Assembly: GCA_050575255.1 (NCBI GenBank)
Contig: JBNZDD010013650.1
Coordinates: 3,132,073 to 3,196,072 of the forward strand
From: Harriotta raleighana
Taxonomy: Eukaryota
Direction of reading: 5' to 3'
DNA length: 64,000 nt
A model generated the notes under the pieces. The model worked only from the letters and a program-made list of their open reading frames with translations, was not told the DNA's origin and ran no database searches. This document shows, in pieces, positions 1 through 12,349 of this stretch. Position numbers and translations under genes: made by a program. Numbering within the stretch: position 1 is the stretch's first letter; the number at the start of each line of letters is the position of its first letter.

Positions 1-391
1 TACTTTTCTTGTTGTGACTTTATGAGCCATTGAGGTATTCTGAGAGAGATGCTGCCCTTGGGCTTCCTGCCTTGGCGGCGGACAGAGCTGCAATAGGACT
101 GAGTCATCTAATGCTACTTATTTAAAACAATACTTTCCTTAATCTCGGCAAACCAACGCAGTGGATTTTATAAGTGAATGAACCATTTAAGTGACTTTCT
201 TGTGATTTCTGATGACCTGAACTCCTTAAAGTGTTATTCCTTACAATGATCCCAATTGTTATACTATCCTATAGAGTCCAAACGAATCTCCAAGCTATTT
301 GTTCCCTCTGTGTTCCATCCTAAATATTATTCCTAGATGTGGTGCACTTAATGACTGTCATTATGGGCACATCTCTTCTTTCCTCCCCCAG

Positions 392-542
392 AGATGAGTG
401 GGAATGGTTGCAGAACCTGACCGAGCTGGAAGAAGATGCTCTGGCTGAACCGAATCCTGAAGGTACCCAGAACATCTTTCAGCAAGAACTCAGCATATCC
501 ATTACAGAACTTATGAATCAGATTGGAATTCCACTCTACCAG
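392..542 (+). CDS. ANKFN1-like: ANKFN1-like gene, internal coding exon (first in window)
   Basis: Pyrimidine tract and AG at 390-391, donor CAG|GTATGC at 542/543. Encodes (R)DEWEWLQNL...FQQELSISITELMNQIGIPLYQ, matching the EWEWIQ...INIPLHQ segment of vertebrate ANKFN1 as I recall it. Ends in phase 0. Confidence 0.9.
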
Positions 543-574
543 GTATGCCCGGTAACTATTCCAACTACCTCACA

Positions 575-690
575 GCAGCATCAATTGGATGCTGCGTTTC
601 ACTCACAAATACACAGACAATTCACTTTACAGTATATTCTGTGAAGCACTTTGAGACATCTAGAAGATGTGAAAATGCAAGGATTATTAT
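575..690 (+). mobile_element. tRNA/Deu-type SINE, 3' half
   Basis: CAATTCACTTTACAGTATATTCTGTGAAGCACTTTGAGACATCTAGAAGATGTGAAAA...GCAAGGATTATTAT, the same sequence as the fuller copies elsewhere in the window. Confidence 0.85.
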
Positions 691-972
691 CCCAAGTCGT
701 GGACACAACCACAGCTGCAATTTGTTCCTTGTTTTGCAAGCTAGAATTGCCGCACATTATTTATTCTTGTGCCCAAAGTAATACCCTCATATTTCACATT
801 ATGAAAGAAAATACCTGATTATAATGGCTTTCTTGCACCACAATAGACTGCTTCTGTTGGTGGCCATTTTTTTCCTCTAGATTGAAGTTCTAGTTGCTCC
901 TCTCTTTTCTACTGTGTATAAGAGGCCATAACAAAAATGAGGTTAAAAAAAGTAGCTCAGTTCTTTGCAGGT

Positions 973-1030
973 TATATATATATATATATGTATATGTATA
1001 TGTATGTAAATATAGATATATATATATATA
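973..1030. repeat. (TA)n-type microsatellite
   Basis: Directly visible TA/TATG repeats. Confidence 0.9.
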
Positions 1031-1444
1031 GCCAAACATCTAGAAGATATGAAAAGCATTACATCAAATGCAAGGATAATAATAATTATTCTAATGTGAT
1101 AGGAAAGTGGCTTCAAAACATTTGAAGGTGAAGAAGTAGTTTTGCAGATTAGATTTATGGGGTGGGCGTCTACGAGATGGTGTGTTGGGCGTTGTCTGTG
1201 GAAGGTGACAATACAATGCAATTTATATTTCATTAGCACCTTTAATCAGGAGGTCTCAAAGCACTTTACACAGCTGGCATTCGCACTTATATAGCATCTT
1301 TCATGTAAAATAAGTATCTCAAAGCACTATATAAAATAACATTTTAAAGAGAAAGCCCGACATCTGTACCAATTAGGATTATTGAATTAAGACAGATGGT
1401 TTCATTGGTGGAGCAAGATACAGCACTAATGGGTCAAAGAAGAT

Positions 1445-1613
1445 TGATCATTCACTCCATGGCTGTTTGTTGGACATTGCTGCGTACAAATTGTCTGCCC
1501 AATTCAACCACAGAATACACAGTCAATCCACTTTCGTGATATCCTGTGAAGTGCTTTGAGGCATCTCGATGACTTAATAAGGCGCAATATCAAATTCAAC
1601 AATTATTATTATT
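1445..1613 (+). mobile_element. SINE 3' half, diverged
   Basis: GGCTGTTTGTTGGACATTGCTGCGTACAAATTG...GTGAAGTGCTTTGAG...(ATT)n tail. Confidence 0.75.
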
Positions 1614-2140
1614 CTAAATGATGTGTGGTGTAGATTTCTAAGGGACTGACTTTATTGCAGAGTTGAGTCTCTGCCTCTTTAACTGACATGTGTGCATATA
1701 TCTCACTCTAATTTTATACTTGTATCGAATTTTTGCACCTCATGTGCATGCACCTAACTCAAAAAATATTCCCAATTTAACTCACAGTTCTGATGTGGAC
1801 ATATGATATTTTCCTATAATTCTAAATAAAATGGACAATATTATGGAGACAATAAGGGCAACAGTTACCATGCACCAGCATCCAACAAAAAGCAACAGTG
1901 AGATGAATAACCAATTACTTCGGTGTGAAATTTGATTGTGGAAGGAATATAAAGTACAAACCCTCTTACGTTTATTTGAAATTAGGGTGGAAATGGGAAC
2001 TTAAGAGTTCATCTGACTCACAAGCCAGAATCTAAATTAATGACCCATTCAAAAATAATGATCTGGAAGTAATTAATCGTGCTTGTTGGATGTGAGTGGT
2101 ACAGAAAGTGATTCATCTCTTTTGTCCTCTGTCTCACTAG

Positions 2141-2306
2141 GCTCGAGAGTTCCGTCTGTACAGTCAGGAAGTTTTAGAGTTTGGAGACAATGTGTCATTT
2201 CTCCTTCTTCTGCCGCCTTCGGATGATGTGTGCACAGCTCCTGGACAAAACAACCCCAACCCCCACTCTGGCTTCCTCACGTTACCTCTTCAGATCTTTG
2301 AGCTCG
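2141..2306 (+). CDS. ANKFN1-like: ANKFN1-like coding exon (not in the ORF track frame)
   Basis: Acceptor ctcactag|GCT, donor G|gtgagt. Manual translation AREFRLYSQEVLEFGDNVSFLLLLPPSDDVCTAPGQNNPNPHSGFLTLPLQIFEL is the highly conserved ANKFN1/wake block. 166 nt, phase 0 to phase 1. Confidence 0.93.
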
Positions 2307-4059
2307 GTGAGTAACAACGCTTTGTATTATAACCTTGCAAAAATTTGGGTTGCGTTTTGTTACAAAGGAAAGGTAAGGAGGCCTACCATGAGGACAAATG
2401 ATACAGAGGGAGCCTCCCCATCAATCAAGCCCTCCATTTCAGAGAGAACATCTCAATTAAAACCTTGTTACAGGAGGGAATCTCTCCGTTAAAGAGGGAG
2501 TAACACCCCAGCAACACCTGTCACAGGACGTATCTTATCATCAGGACCCTTCTTAAAATCTAGTAGCTGAGAGGAATTGCAGAAAAGATGCTTTTGATTT
2601 GTTGTAGAGCTGTTGCCAACTGATGATAGAATGTTCGGACAAGACAGAAGAGTTCAGGTCTCTGGGGGGAGGTCACAGTTGAATGCTTTCTTGGTTCAGT
2701 GAAGAATGTACCATGGGAGTTTTGGCGAATTTACTTCTTGTAACAGACAAAAAGCTCATATTTTGTCTATGGCCTTGCACATGTTGGGATTTACAAAGGT
2801 CATGGATTCAATCAGTCCCAAATCAGCAACTGATGGGGCGGCAACTACGCCCATCACCACTGCGCTCGAGAGGAAACAAATTGTCCAGAGTTACCCACTC
2901 TTGATCACTCTTCAGTGACTGATTCCAACAAGCAAGTGATCCAAAATTGCTATTAGTCAGCGCCTTAAGACCATTGACCTAAAATGTCATTCAGTGTGTA
3001 GAATTCTGAAGCATTCTTCAATTTAGTCTTTTGCTCAAGTTTTTTTTTCTTTAACAACCATGGAAAAGCAACTTCTGAATGAAAGCTAAAATTTAAAGAA
3101 TTTTCGCACTTGTGAACGATCTTAAATTTTAAGATGGGTTTTGAGATTAAGATTGTCAGGATACTGTTGAGCGCAGAACTGTACTTGGCTGTGGAGTGTT
3201 CAGGAGGGATAAGACACTGCACTGTAATGGGTAGAATGCTGTAATAGAGTCTGTCTCCACAATGAGAAGACATTGGCCAGGAGCCTGTTAAATCATCCCA
3301 TGCCAAATCCAACATATTTTTAGAGTTTACAAGAGTTGCAGTCGACTTGAAAATCAATCGCTGAGTAAGCTGTCAAGAATTCACATCGACACCTTTCACA
3401 GCACCTAAATCGCATTTTCCAAACGCATTTAAAACTTTGCTCAGACTTTAGATTTGTGATCAAGTACCTGCTCAAGGTCTCTGCGAGGAAAGGAGTGAAT
3501 TGCCACTCTCTCGGACCATCTTTTATCTTGTATTCTAGACTTAAATGTGAGAAACGTTTTCTGCTCAGATCAGATGCCAATGCAATACAGTAAATATGCC
3601 AGAGAACAGTCTGTGACAGTGCTGGCTGCAGATTCGGAGGCCAGTGGGAGATTGCTTTTATTGCTTTTTTCTTTAAACTGATTTATTTTTGAGCGTCCAC
3701 CTCCTCTTTCAATGATTCAGCAGATCAATGTACCATGTGCTGTGATACAAGCCATAGAGCTCCATAAGAATCCCTGGTCTGATCTATGTTTTTTGCTGAG
3801 GTACTTGGAGTTAGTAGAGAATATAGGCAGAATATGTCCTTGAACTCAGTTAATGGAGGATAGAAAATAACTGCGCAGCTACCTTTGGTGATCACTACCC
3901 ATATATCCTGCTGGGTAGAGTATCCAGTGAAGACATAATTAGCCTCAGCTTTCTTTTTTAAACTGAGAAATCCAGAGTGCAGCACACCACCAAAATTGTG
4001 AAGAGTGGAAAAGCTGAGATAATAATTATGGGGAGTGAGTAGTTCGACATCGAATGGGT

Positions 4060-4250
4060 ATCTAAACACTTGTAAATTGAAGGTAGAATGAGGGAGGTAG
4101 AGAATTCTGAAGGCTTGAGACTTAAGAGAAATTTAAATTTTCAAAACTGTGATCAACAGAGTTTTGTGGAGTTGAGGTACAGATCAGCTGTTATGTAATA
4201 GAATTGCAGAGCAGGCTTGAGGGGCTGATTAGTCTACTCCTGTTCCTGCG
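4060..4250 (+). mobile_element. CR1 LINE 3' end fragment
   Basis: AGATCAGC...GAGCAGGCTTGAGGGGCTGATTAGTCTACTCCTGTTCCT resembles the chondrichthyan CR1 3' tail (recalled consensus). Confidence 0.65.
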
Positions 4251-5559
4251 ATGAGTTTGGATTTAAACACAGTTTAATATAGGCCGACTCTACAGTCAGC
4301 TCACACAGTGTGAATAACTTCTTGGGTGAAATATTGAAGGGCACTGGCATTTGTTGAATCATCTAAGTATTCTACTTACGCCCATCCTAAAATACCTTGC
4401 AAAGCTTCACATACAAGATTTGTCCTGCCTGATGAATTCCTTTGAGTAGATCTTATATCCATCGTGCACAGACATATAAATGAAAAATTAACCATCACTT
4501 GCTGTGTTATTTGTGTAAGGTTTATGAGGCTGCAGGAAATTTGTCACCGATCAATACAATGTCTTGAACTGTTTCAGATCTCACTTGTCCTATCTTCTTA
4601 CCAGTTTTGATATTATTCTTGCAATAATAGAATCATTTTGAATATGCTTCCTTACCAGCTCGTATGAATAATTGCTTGGCACATTTGTTTCAAAATAAAT
4701 AGAAGGAAATTTGTAGCATGGCTTGAATTATAGATTGTTTCAAACGCAGGAAGCCATTTGTCCATTGTGTGTATGCTCAAATAGATGTACTTACCTGTGG
4801 ACAAAATGCTTGAGGGAAACCACTTTTGAAATATTGTGTTTGGAATGAAACTGTGCTTTCGTAGGATAGAAGAAATTCTGAGAGGATGACCCAGAAAATT
4901 ATTGGATGAACCATAAAATTATCGGGTCATCCAATGGATGGCTCCAACTTGGTTCAAGTCATAGCAAGGAGACATTTGACCAATGGAAGTGTAAATTGTC
5001 AGCATCATTTCGATGAGGAAGCACACTTAAAGGTTCCAGTGAAGAAATCGTTCCAAACAGGTTGGAGTCAATCTGGCTACTTCATTCAGTCTCTGGAATT
5101 CAAAATAAATTGGAAGGAATCTTTGGAACTGTATTCTGGTTCACTTCTGCTGCAAGTCTGCAATAGTAAACAGGAAAAAAAGGAGCCTTTGGCTGGCACT
5201 CAAAGTCATTGATTCATAGAGCTCAAGAGAGAAGATATAGATCACCAAGATGAGGAACAGACAGTCATGTTCCAAGAAGGGATGATTGAAGCTTCTGTAC
5301 AGACAGCTCAGCAATTTGATTCTCTTAAGAATTTTCCTGAATTGTTTACCATTTTCTGATCAGTACTGGAATGTATCCAGAAAGAAATATTATTAAATAA
5401 ATAGAATCCCAAAACTGTTCCATGTTATTAGCATACAGCGTGAATGGAACCTGGTAGAACTTGATTAAATTAAAGAACTTGATATCTCTAGGGAAGTTTT
5501 TTTCATTATAGGTTTTTGTGAATTTCACTCTACTCTTGGTTGATCAATTTAAGGAATGT

Positions 5560-5650
5560 CATTGAATGAGATTAGAACCTATTTGCCTGTTCAGGTGGAC
5601 GTTGAATGATCCTGTGGCACTATTCAAAAAAAGAGATAGGACTTTCTCAC
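5560..5650 (+). mobile_element. Old DeuSINE (SacSINE1/AmnSINE1-like) central fragment
   Basis: TGCCTGTTCAGGTGGACGTTGAATGATCCTGTGGCACTATTCAAAAAAAGAG resembles the Deu-domain consensus. Confidence 0.6.
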
Positions 5651-5747
5651 AGAAAATTGGCTTGCTTCATCTATAAAATATAAGGTTACCGTACTTTCTC
5701 AAAGTTTCAGCTCATGATGAACATTTGTCTTTTGTTCAACTTTTCAG

Positions 5748-5914
5748 TTCACTTTTTTACCTACGATAAGGCGTTCATCAGCCAATATTGTCAAGCGTCA
5801 GCACTATTGGAGCTAGATTCCCTCCTTTCACAGCAAGCTCTGAGGGAAGCATTCTCGGACTCCGAGGTCGTGGAAGCCAAGCAGAAGCACCAGCAAGTGC
5901 AAGACTTCATGCAG
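5748..5914 (+). CDS. ANKFN1-like: ANKFN1-like coding exon
   Basis: Acceptor ttttcag|TT, donor CAG|gtaagc. Encodes VHFFTYDKAFISQYCQASALLELDSLLSQQALREAFSDSEVVEAKQKHQQVQDFMQ. 167 nt, phase 1 to phase 0. Confidence 0.93.
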
Positions 5915-5935
5915 GTAAGCAACATTCTTCTGTCT

Positions 5936-6100
5936 AACCTGGGCAAATTTCCTTACTCAATACACCTGTTTACCCAGCCCCAAATAGGAACCCGGTTTCT
6001 AGTCGATTGGCAGATTGCTTTCGGAGGGTAAGAAAAATAACAATAATAATTTGGTCACTCAATTCATGACATTTGGTGGGTCTCTGCTATGTGCAATTGT
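5936..6100 (+). mobile_element. SINE central part, long variant
   Basis: ACCTGGGCAAATTTCCTTACTC...GTTTACCCAG...AAATAGGAACCCGG...GGTCACTCAATTCATGAC, collinear with copies at 33580 and 44893. Confidence 0.75.
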
Positions 6101-6144
6101 CCTCAGTATAAAGTAACATTGATCCGAGAGGATTAATAGTAATA

Positions 6145-7048
6145 CAGTAAAACCTTGTTTATCCGTGACTCGAATAAACAGAAAATCTGTTCAACCGCCA
6201 TCTCAAAAGAAAAAAATCCCGATCCGATTAATCGGAAGTTATCCAGTGACAGGTTGAATGTCAGGTCTAAACTTGTTTCGGGTCCTTTTAAAAGTCGCGG
6301 TTTTTATTTTATCTCGTTTGGATGGATGAGTGCCTGTCGTTGGGAAGGTAAGTACTGAGTACATAATAAATACTGCTGCAGGTAGCGGCCAGAGAGAGAG
6401 NNNNNNNNNNNNNNNNNNNNNNNNNNNNNNNNNNNNNNNNNNNNNNNNNNNNNNNNNNNNNNNNNNNNNNNNNNNNNNNNNNNNNNNNNNNNNNNNNNNN
6501 NNNNNNNNNNNNNNNNNNNNNNNNNNNNNNNNNNNNNNNNNNNNNNNNNNNNNNGAGAGAGAGATAGGGGAAAGCATAATGGAGTGAGAGAGGGAGAGAA
6601 ATGGCAACAGGTTGCTGCAGAGAGAGAGAGTGAGGGAGGGAGAGAGAGGAACGGGGGAGGGGTGAGATTTGTGGACAGAATTTATATGATGGATTCAGAC
6701 TGAATATCTTTGAGGGTCTGTGTCTGTCTGTGTGTGCATCTGTCTGTCTGTGTGTCTGTGTGTGTGTACTGGCCGTTAGGTCTAAACTCGTTGCTTTTAG
6801 AAGTCACGTTTTTTACCTCCCGTCGAATCCAGTGCTGCAATTGCGAAGTTAAATATAAATAATAATGTACTAATAGAATATTCTGTTATTATTAAGTCCA
6901 TTATTAATATGGTATGTGTTAATTTTTTTAATTTTTTGGAAAAAATTATATTAGAATTTTTTTATATATATAAATCCGTTCAACCAGAAAAAACGTTTAA
7001 CTGACACTGGCCAGGTCCCGTGGGTGCCAGATAAACGAGGTTTTACTG
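6145..7048. mobile_element. Non-autonomous pogo/Tigger-type DNA transposon (MITE)
   Basis: Left end CAGTAAAACCTTGTTTATC and right end GATAAACGAGGTTTTACTG are inverted repeats (1 mismatch in 19). TA flanks at 6143-6144 and 7049-7050. No ORF; spans an N gap. Confidence 0.85.
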
Positions 7049-7169
7049 TAAATACAACCTTCGGCAGATTGACTGAGAAGAAATCAGCAATCAATTGACA
7101 GGAAATGTTATGTTAAATATCTGTGAAACAATCCATGCTGACCTGGTGATAATCTAAAATATCTTTTAG

Positions 7170-7380
7170 CAAATGGAAGAGATTTGGCGGGAGATGCGTT
7201 GGATAATGGATGTTCTGCAATATGCAAGGTACAAGCAGCCTCCCGGTGGGATCCCTTTGATCTGGCTGATGGATTTTACCAAAAATATGAGTAAAGAAGG
7301 GGCACAGTCTACTTTGTGCAACCCAGATTACCTGCTCTCCCCAACCCCATCCCCAGAGGCTGGTCGGAAATACAATTCTG
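7170..7380 (+). CDS. ANKFN1-like: ANKFN1-like coding exon
   Basis: Acceptor cttttag|CAA, donor G|gtaagt. Encodes QMEEIWREMRWIMDVLQYARYKQP...SPTPSPEAGRKYNS, containing the family motif WRExRWIMDxLQYARYKQP. 211 nt, phase 0 to phase 1. Confidence 0.93.
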
Positions 7381-7402
7381 GTAAGTATCTGATTAATAAT
7401 GA

Positions 7403-7560
7403 TAACAATAATAATCCTTGCATTTAATATAGCGCTTTTCACGTCTTCTAGATATCTCAAAGCACTTCATGGAATACACTGTAAAGTGAATTGACTATGT
7501 GTTTGTGGGCAAAATGCAGCAGCCAATTGCGCACATCAGTCGTGGATTACAATGACCAAT
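7403..7560 (-). mobile_element. SINE 3' half
   Basis: (AAT)n CCTTGCATTTAATATAGCGCTTTTCACGTCTTCTAGATATCTCAAAGCACTTCA is the reverse complement of the SINE tail. Confidence 0.85.
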
Positions 7561-8154
7561 TACTTAAAGACACAAATGTGGTAAATGTGAATCCAGCATA
7601 GTCACGATCCATTAACTAGAACTGTGTACCTTTCTGCCTCTCAAAAGGTTTTGCTGCCCTAAGCCTCCATGTCCTACAGTAAAATAGTGGGAACCAGAAA
7701 AGGCTGTTCAATCCCTTCAGGAAACCCTGTTCCTTAGGTCCATGTTCAGAGAACATTGAGACAATATCATCTTTCACTTTATTTAAAAATACACATTCCT
7801 TAATACATTCAATAAAAACTATGTCCCAGAAATGTGTTAAAGTAATATTTTTAAAACGTTCTTTTTCTTCAGTCACCAAAAATTCCTAAAATGTTACATT
7901 TTTGATGCATAAATATTATTGTAGTCCTACAAGGGTCCCAAATGGATAGCGTCAGTCTATCTCTCATTAGGCATCTTACATTTCTGTGGGGACAACTGGT
8001 TACAGCAAGGCCAAAGATTGTTGAGGAGCAAATAATTGGATAATAAAATTAACATGAAATCACTGGCAGTGTATTCAGTGGCTATCAATACAACAATGCG
8101 TAATCCAAAGGGACACCTAGCAGTGCTGAGTGCGTTTGGTTTTGTTTTCCCCAG

Positions 8155-8843
8155 ATTCTCATGGGATATCAGACGAAGATGGATCCTCAGAGGTATTTTT
8201 GGCAACAGACAGTGATTATGACTCCAGTAGAGCTCAGAGTCCCAAAGAGCTGGACCTCATCTACTCAGCAGTACCCGATTGCAGCAGAAGACCCAACCAC
8301 ATCCTGCGCGACAGCGCTCCCGATGTTCTTCGAGCTCATGAGTTTAGATTGCCAATTGTCAGCGGTATTCAAGAGGGCCCAAGGCATCCGACAATCTATG
8401 ATAGTGATTTTGTCCTTCCCAGTAGACAGCTGGAACTGTTGCATATCACAGAAAAAAGACAAGCCTATTGTGTCCGAACAAGTAGCCTTGACATGCCAAA
8501 ACAGTCATTCCATATTCAGAGAAAGTGCTGGTCTCGACCTGAATCCATGGATGAATCCACAGCAGAACAAAAGTCCAATGAGTCAGAACAACAGCCCAGT
8601 GGGTTATATGCAACTAGACACAAGTCCTCTGTGTCCTTCCATCCAGATACGGATCTTCCTACTGAAGATTACTCTGTCATGTTCTGCAAAGAGGAATCTA
8701 ATGATTGCATAGAATGGAGTAATACTTGTCAAGGAAGTGTGGATAAAGAGCCAGAACCCAATGGAGGAAAGAAACTGAACTCTGTAAGTTTAAGAGTTTA
8801 TCCAGAGTACCAAACAGGACTGTCAACGGAGACCAGTGTGAAG
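8155..8843 (+). CDS. ANKFN1-like: ANKFN1-like large coding exon (Ser-rich linker and start of RA-like domain)
   Basis: Acceptor ttttccccag|AT, donor AAG|gtatgc. Encodes DSHGISDEDGSSEVFLATDSDYDSS...SAPDVL...LRVYPEYQTGLSTETSVK. 689 nt, phase 1 to phase 0, open throughout. Confidence 0.9.
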
Positions 8844-9034
8844 GTATGCTTATTATTGAAATAAAGCATTTTCCTGTGATTTCTCCCATGGATTGTGTTT
8901 GCTTTGCAGTGTTTTGTGGAGGTAGCTATAATCAGTCACAGTAGGAAAACTAATCTCGGGGATGTCAATTTTTTTTATTACCTTCTTAGATTTGATCTAA
9001 TTCCCAAGTTTAATAAAAATGCACCATGATAATA

Positions 9035-9230
9035 TTCCCTTGGAAAAAAACAGTAATAAATTGGTCACATTAATCCACAACTGTTTGTGGAACACTGCTG
9101 TGTGCAAAGGGCTGCTCCGTTTAGTCCACAAATATACAGTCAATTCACTGTACAGTAAGTATAATCTGTGAAGCGCTTAGAGATGCCTGGAAAATATGAA
9201 AAGCGCTATATCAAATGGAAAGATTATTAT
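9035..9230 (+). mobile_element. SINE 3' half
   Basis: AATTGGTCAC...TGTTTGTGGAACACTGCTGTGTGCAA...GTGAAAAGCGC-type stem-loop and ATT tail. Confidence 0.8.
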
Positions 9231-9499
9231 GATCAGTCAAAAACACAAATTAAATTCTCAGTTATTGACTCCTTTTTAATGCCAGCCTGCCATTGTGCAG
9301 CGTTGTGCATGGCAATAAAAATTACAATCTGCAAATCTGAGAAAAAGAAAAAGCATCATTCTGTCTCAAAGCCTTCAGTCCCATTACAGTGTCTGAAAGG
9401 TGTTAAAGAAATGATGATTTGTTTTAGATAATAGGGTTTTTAGAGAGTTTTTGATTTTTTTTAGATAGTGGTATTAAAAACACCAACCAAATACATTTN

Positions 9500-10070
9500 A
9501 ACACCAACCAAGTATAGCACCTTTCACATCTGGAGGACATCCCCAAGTACTGGACGGTCTGGGATCTGGACCTCAGCTGGGGATTGAGGTGGAGGGCAGG
9601 GAGGGTAGGGGTAGGAGGATGACTGAAGGTGCGATTGAAGAGGAAGGTCTTGAGATGTGCCTTGCAGGAGGCAAGGGAGGGAGCGAGGATCTCAGTGGTC
9701 TGACGGGAGATACAGGGGTGGAGCCGGGCAATGTTGCGGAGATGGGGGAAGGCAGAACAGGTCATGGAACGGATGTGAAGTAAAAAGGACAGTTGAGAAT
9801 CAAACAAGACGTTGAGGTTCCGTACTGGCTCTGGGGTTTAATAATACAGGGAGGTTCTTGGAAGGTGGCACACATGGTGCCCAGGGGGGAAACATCACAG
9901 ATCCTGACCTGCCAACAACAGACATGGATGGTGATGCAATCAGTGCCTGAGGTGTGGAGGCACTGACGGGAGCCAATCAGGATGGCTTCTGTCTTGTTGA
10001 CATTCAACTGGAGGAAGTTAGCTATCATCCAGGACTTGACATCTCACAGACAATCCATCAGAACAGCAGT
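9500..10070 (-). mobile_element. L2-clade LINE, 5'-truncated and internally deleted
   Basis: Minus-strand translations NFLQLNVNKTEAILIGS, FDSQLSF..HIRS...AFPHLRNIARLHP and KAHLKTFLFNR are L2 ORF2 C-terminal motifs. The 3' tail is near 9500. Confidence 0.85.
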
Positions 10071-10589
10071 AATACAATAATTTGACAATACAATACATTT
10101 TTCAGTTCCTATCTTAGCATCTATGAGATCATTGTTTATAGTAATTACATCTAATGGACACTTGTACTGAACTTCTTGGCACTGAACGTGCTTGGCTAAA
10201 GCAACCGTCTCCTTCTAATCAATCCCAGAAGTCAGAAGAAGAGCAAACAGAGCCTATGGGGATTGGGTTTTCCAACTGTTCCTCATTATCAAATCATAAC
10301 TCAATTAGAGAGTCGTGGACTCTCCCACCAGTGTAAGCCCAGAATTTATTTCCTGGCTCGTAGCCTTTGTATAATTAATTCAAAGTGGTTCCCTTAAAAT
10401 TTCCTCTGTCCATAATAACAGGGATGGTTTCTTAGTGGCACATGCCTTGCCGATCCTTAAGAAGGGTAACAACACAGACGCTGGCAACTGCAGCCAATCA
10501 GCCTCACTTGGATCGTATGGAAATGTGTGGAAGGTCTGCTGGAGGGTGCGATGGCGGATCCACCTGCATTGGTGTTTGTAACATAAGAT

Positions 10590-11150
10590 TTTGTTTGACA
10601 ACTTAGTGGGGATTTTTGAGGAGATGACTGAGCTGGTTGATATCAAATCGTCAGTTGATATCAATCTACTGTACCTTGATTTACAAGNAAATCGTCAGTT
10701 GATATCAATCTACTGTACCTTGATTTGCAAGGAGCCTTTAACAAGGTCCCTCTTAAAGGTGTCCTAGACTAGGGCAGGTAAACAAGTCATGGGGGATGGG
10801 GGGATCAAAAGGTGGATTGAAAATTGGCTGAGCAACAGAAATTGGAAGTGGTCAACAACAAGGGAATCCAGCTGAGGGACAATCATCATTATTGAGTGTC
10901 CTTTTGTGTGTAATCTTCATCAACGACATTATAATAAGCATGAATAATATTACTGCCACATTTATCAATGATATAAAAATTTGTGCCAAACTACTTGCAG
11001 AAGAACGAGGATGGACACATTGCAAATTGATCTGAACATCTTGTTTGGATGGGCTAAAAGCAATAATGTTATTTATTATTGGGACATGCGGCGTAATGGA
11101 GTTTGAACACCAGAACAAGCTCCCATTTGATACTGCCTGCTTAAATAGCA
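10590..11150 (+). mobile_element. CR1 LINE reverse-transcriptase fragment, degenerate
   Basis: Broken reading resembles NL.GFFEEMTELVD...VDI.YLDLQGAFNKVP...WIENWLSNR...FIND, typical CR1 RT motifs. Confidence 0.7.
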
Positions 11151-12349
11151 TTCTACCTGTAGAAAAATCTAGATAGTTTTTTTTTAAAAGGAAGAGGTAT
11201 AAGGCAGGAACCAAATCTGCCACGTAAAATCAACAGCAGTGTAGAGGGTACAGTGAGATATTAAGCGATGCTGTCATGTTGGTGGTGGTTCAGCTCTCCC
11301 CTGGAGCTTGTTTTCCTTCAGTAGTCAGCGAAGAATTTTCCAAGTACTATAAATCTTTTTTCTTCAAATTGTTCATTTTCTTGTTTTCTCTGTGGTGCTG
11401 TGCGCTCTGGCTCTTATTTCTCCATAACAAATTACACCTCAGATTCCAGATATTAGAGGTTTAAAGAGGTTGGAACACTGGTAGCGGAGCCATTTGCTTA
11501 GTCTTCATTTATTTTCCAACCTCCTTCTTCCAAAATCCTCACGCCTAAAGCAATCTCCCTTCCAATAGGTTTTTATGACATGATTTCACTTAAATACAGA
11601 CTACTCGACCTTTATTTAAACTGTTCCATCTTTCTCAGTTAATTTGGTTGCTGATGGCAACTTTTTCAAACTAAAAAGTTGCTCCTGTAACTGGGATCTG
11701 AAATACAGTATTTATAACAGAAATAATTCTTATCTTTGGATTCACTGAAGGCCTCCAAAGATAAGAGTCACAATTTGTGACTTTCTGTTGCTGACCTTGC
11801 TTATCTGACATGGGATTGCTGGATGGAGCAGTGTAGTTTTACTCTGCAAGATAACCTCTACAGAATGGGACACTGTTTTATTTGTTATCAGCAACAACAA
11901 CAACAACAAAATTACCTTTGTAGAGTGCCTTTCACGTCAGGAGGGAGTCCCAGGGAGCTGGGTTTTGCCTCAGCCCAATTAGCAGAAAAAATTCAGTTGC
12001 AGAAGTTGGAAAGTTCAAATTTTATAATTTAGCTTGTAACTTTCATTGGGAAGTATGTCACAGCATCATGTCGAAGAGGAAATTTTTACATTGCTATTAA
12101 GATCCTGACTATTAAACAAATCGCAGATTATTAACTTGGAAACTACAATTGGTTTTGGTATCAATTACTCAGTAAAGCAGACAATCCCTTTGCTAATCCG
12201 ACCAATGCTTTATTCATCATTAGTTCATTTGTGTGTTGATGCTGTTTCCGCCTTCTGCAGGGCTCAGTAACGCCTAAGCAAGGTTTGAAATGTACTGCTC
12301 GTTCTTGGTAACTTTTGTGAATAGTGAAACGATGTTGAAGTTGCACTTT

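Noticed and set aside
2181-2492. 103-aa ORF in the track
   Set aside because: It is an off-frame reading across the real exon 2141-2306 and into the intron.
8161-8712. 183-aa overlapping ORF
   Set aside because: It is an alternative frame of the ANKFN1-like exon with no recognisable features.
10645-10731. 43-bp tandem duplication
   Set aside because: The copies flank a single n at 10688 and differ by one base, typical of unmerged contig or haplotype overlap.
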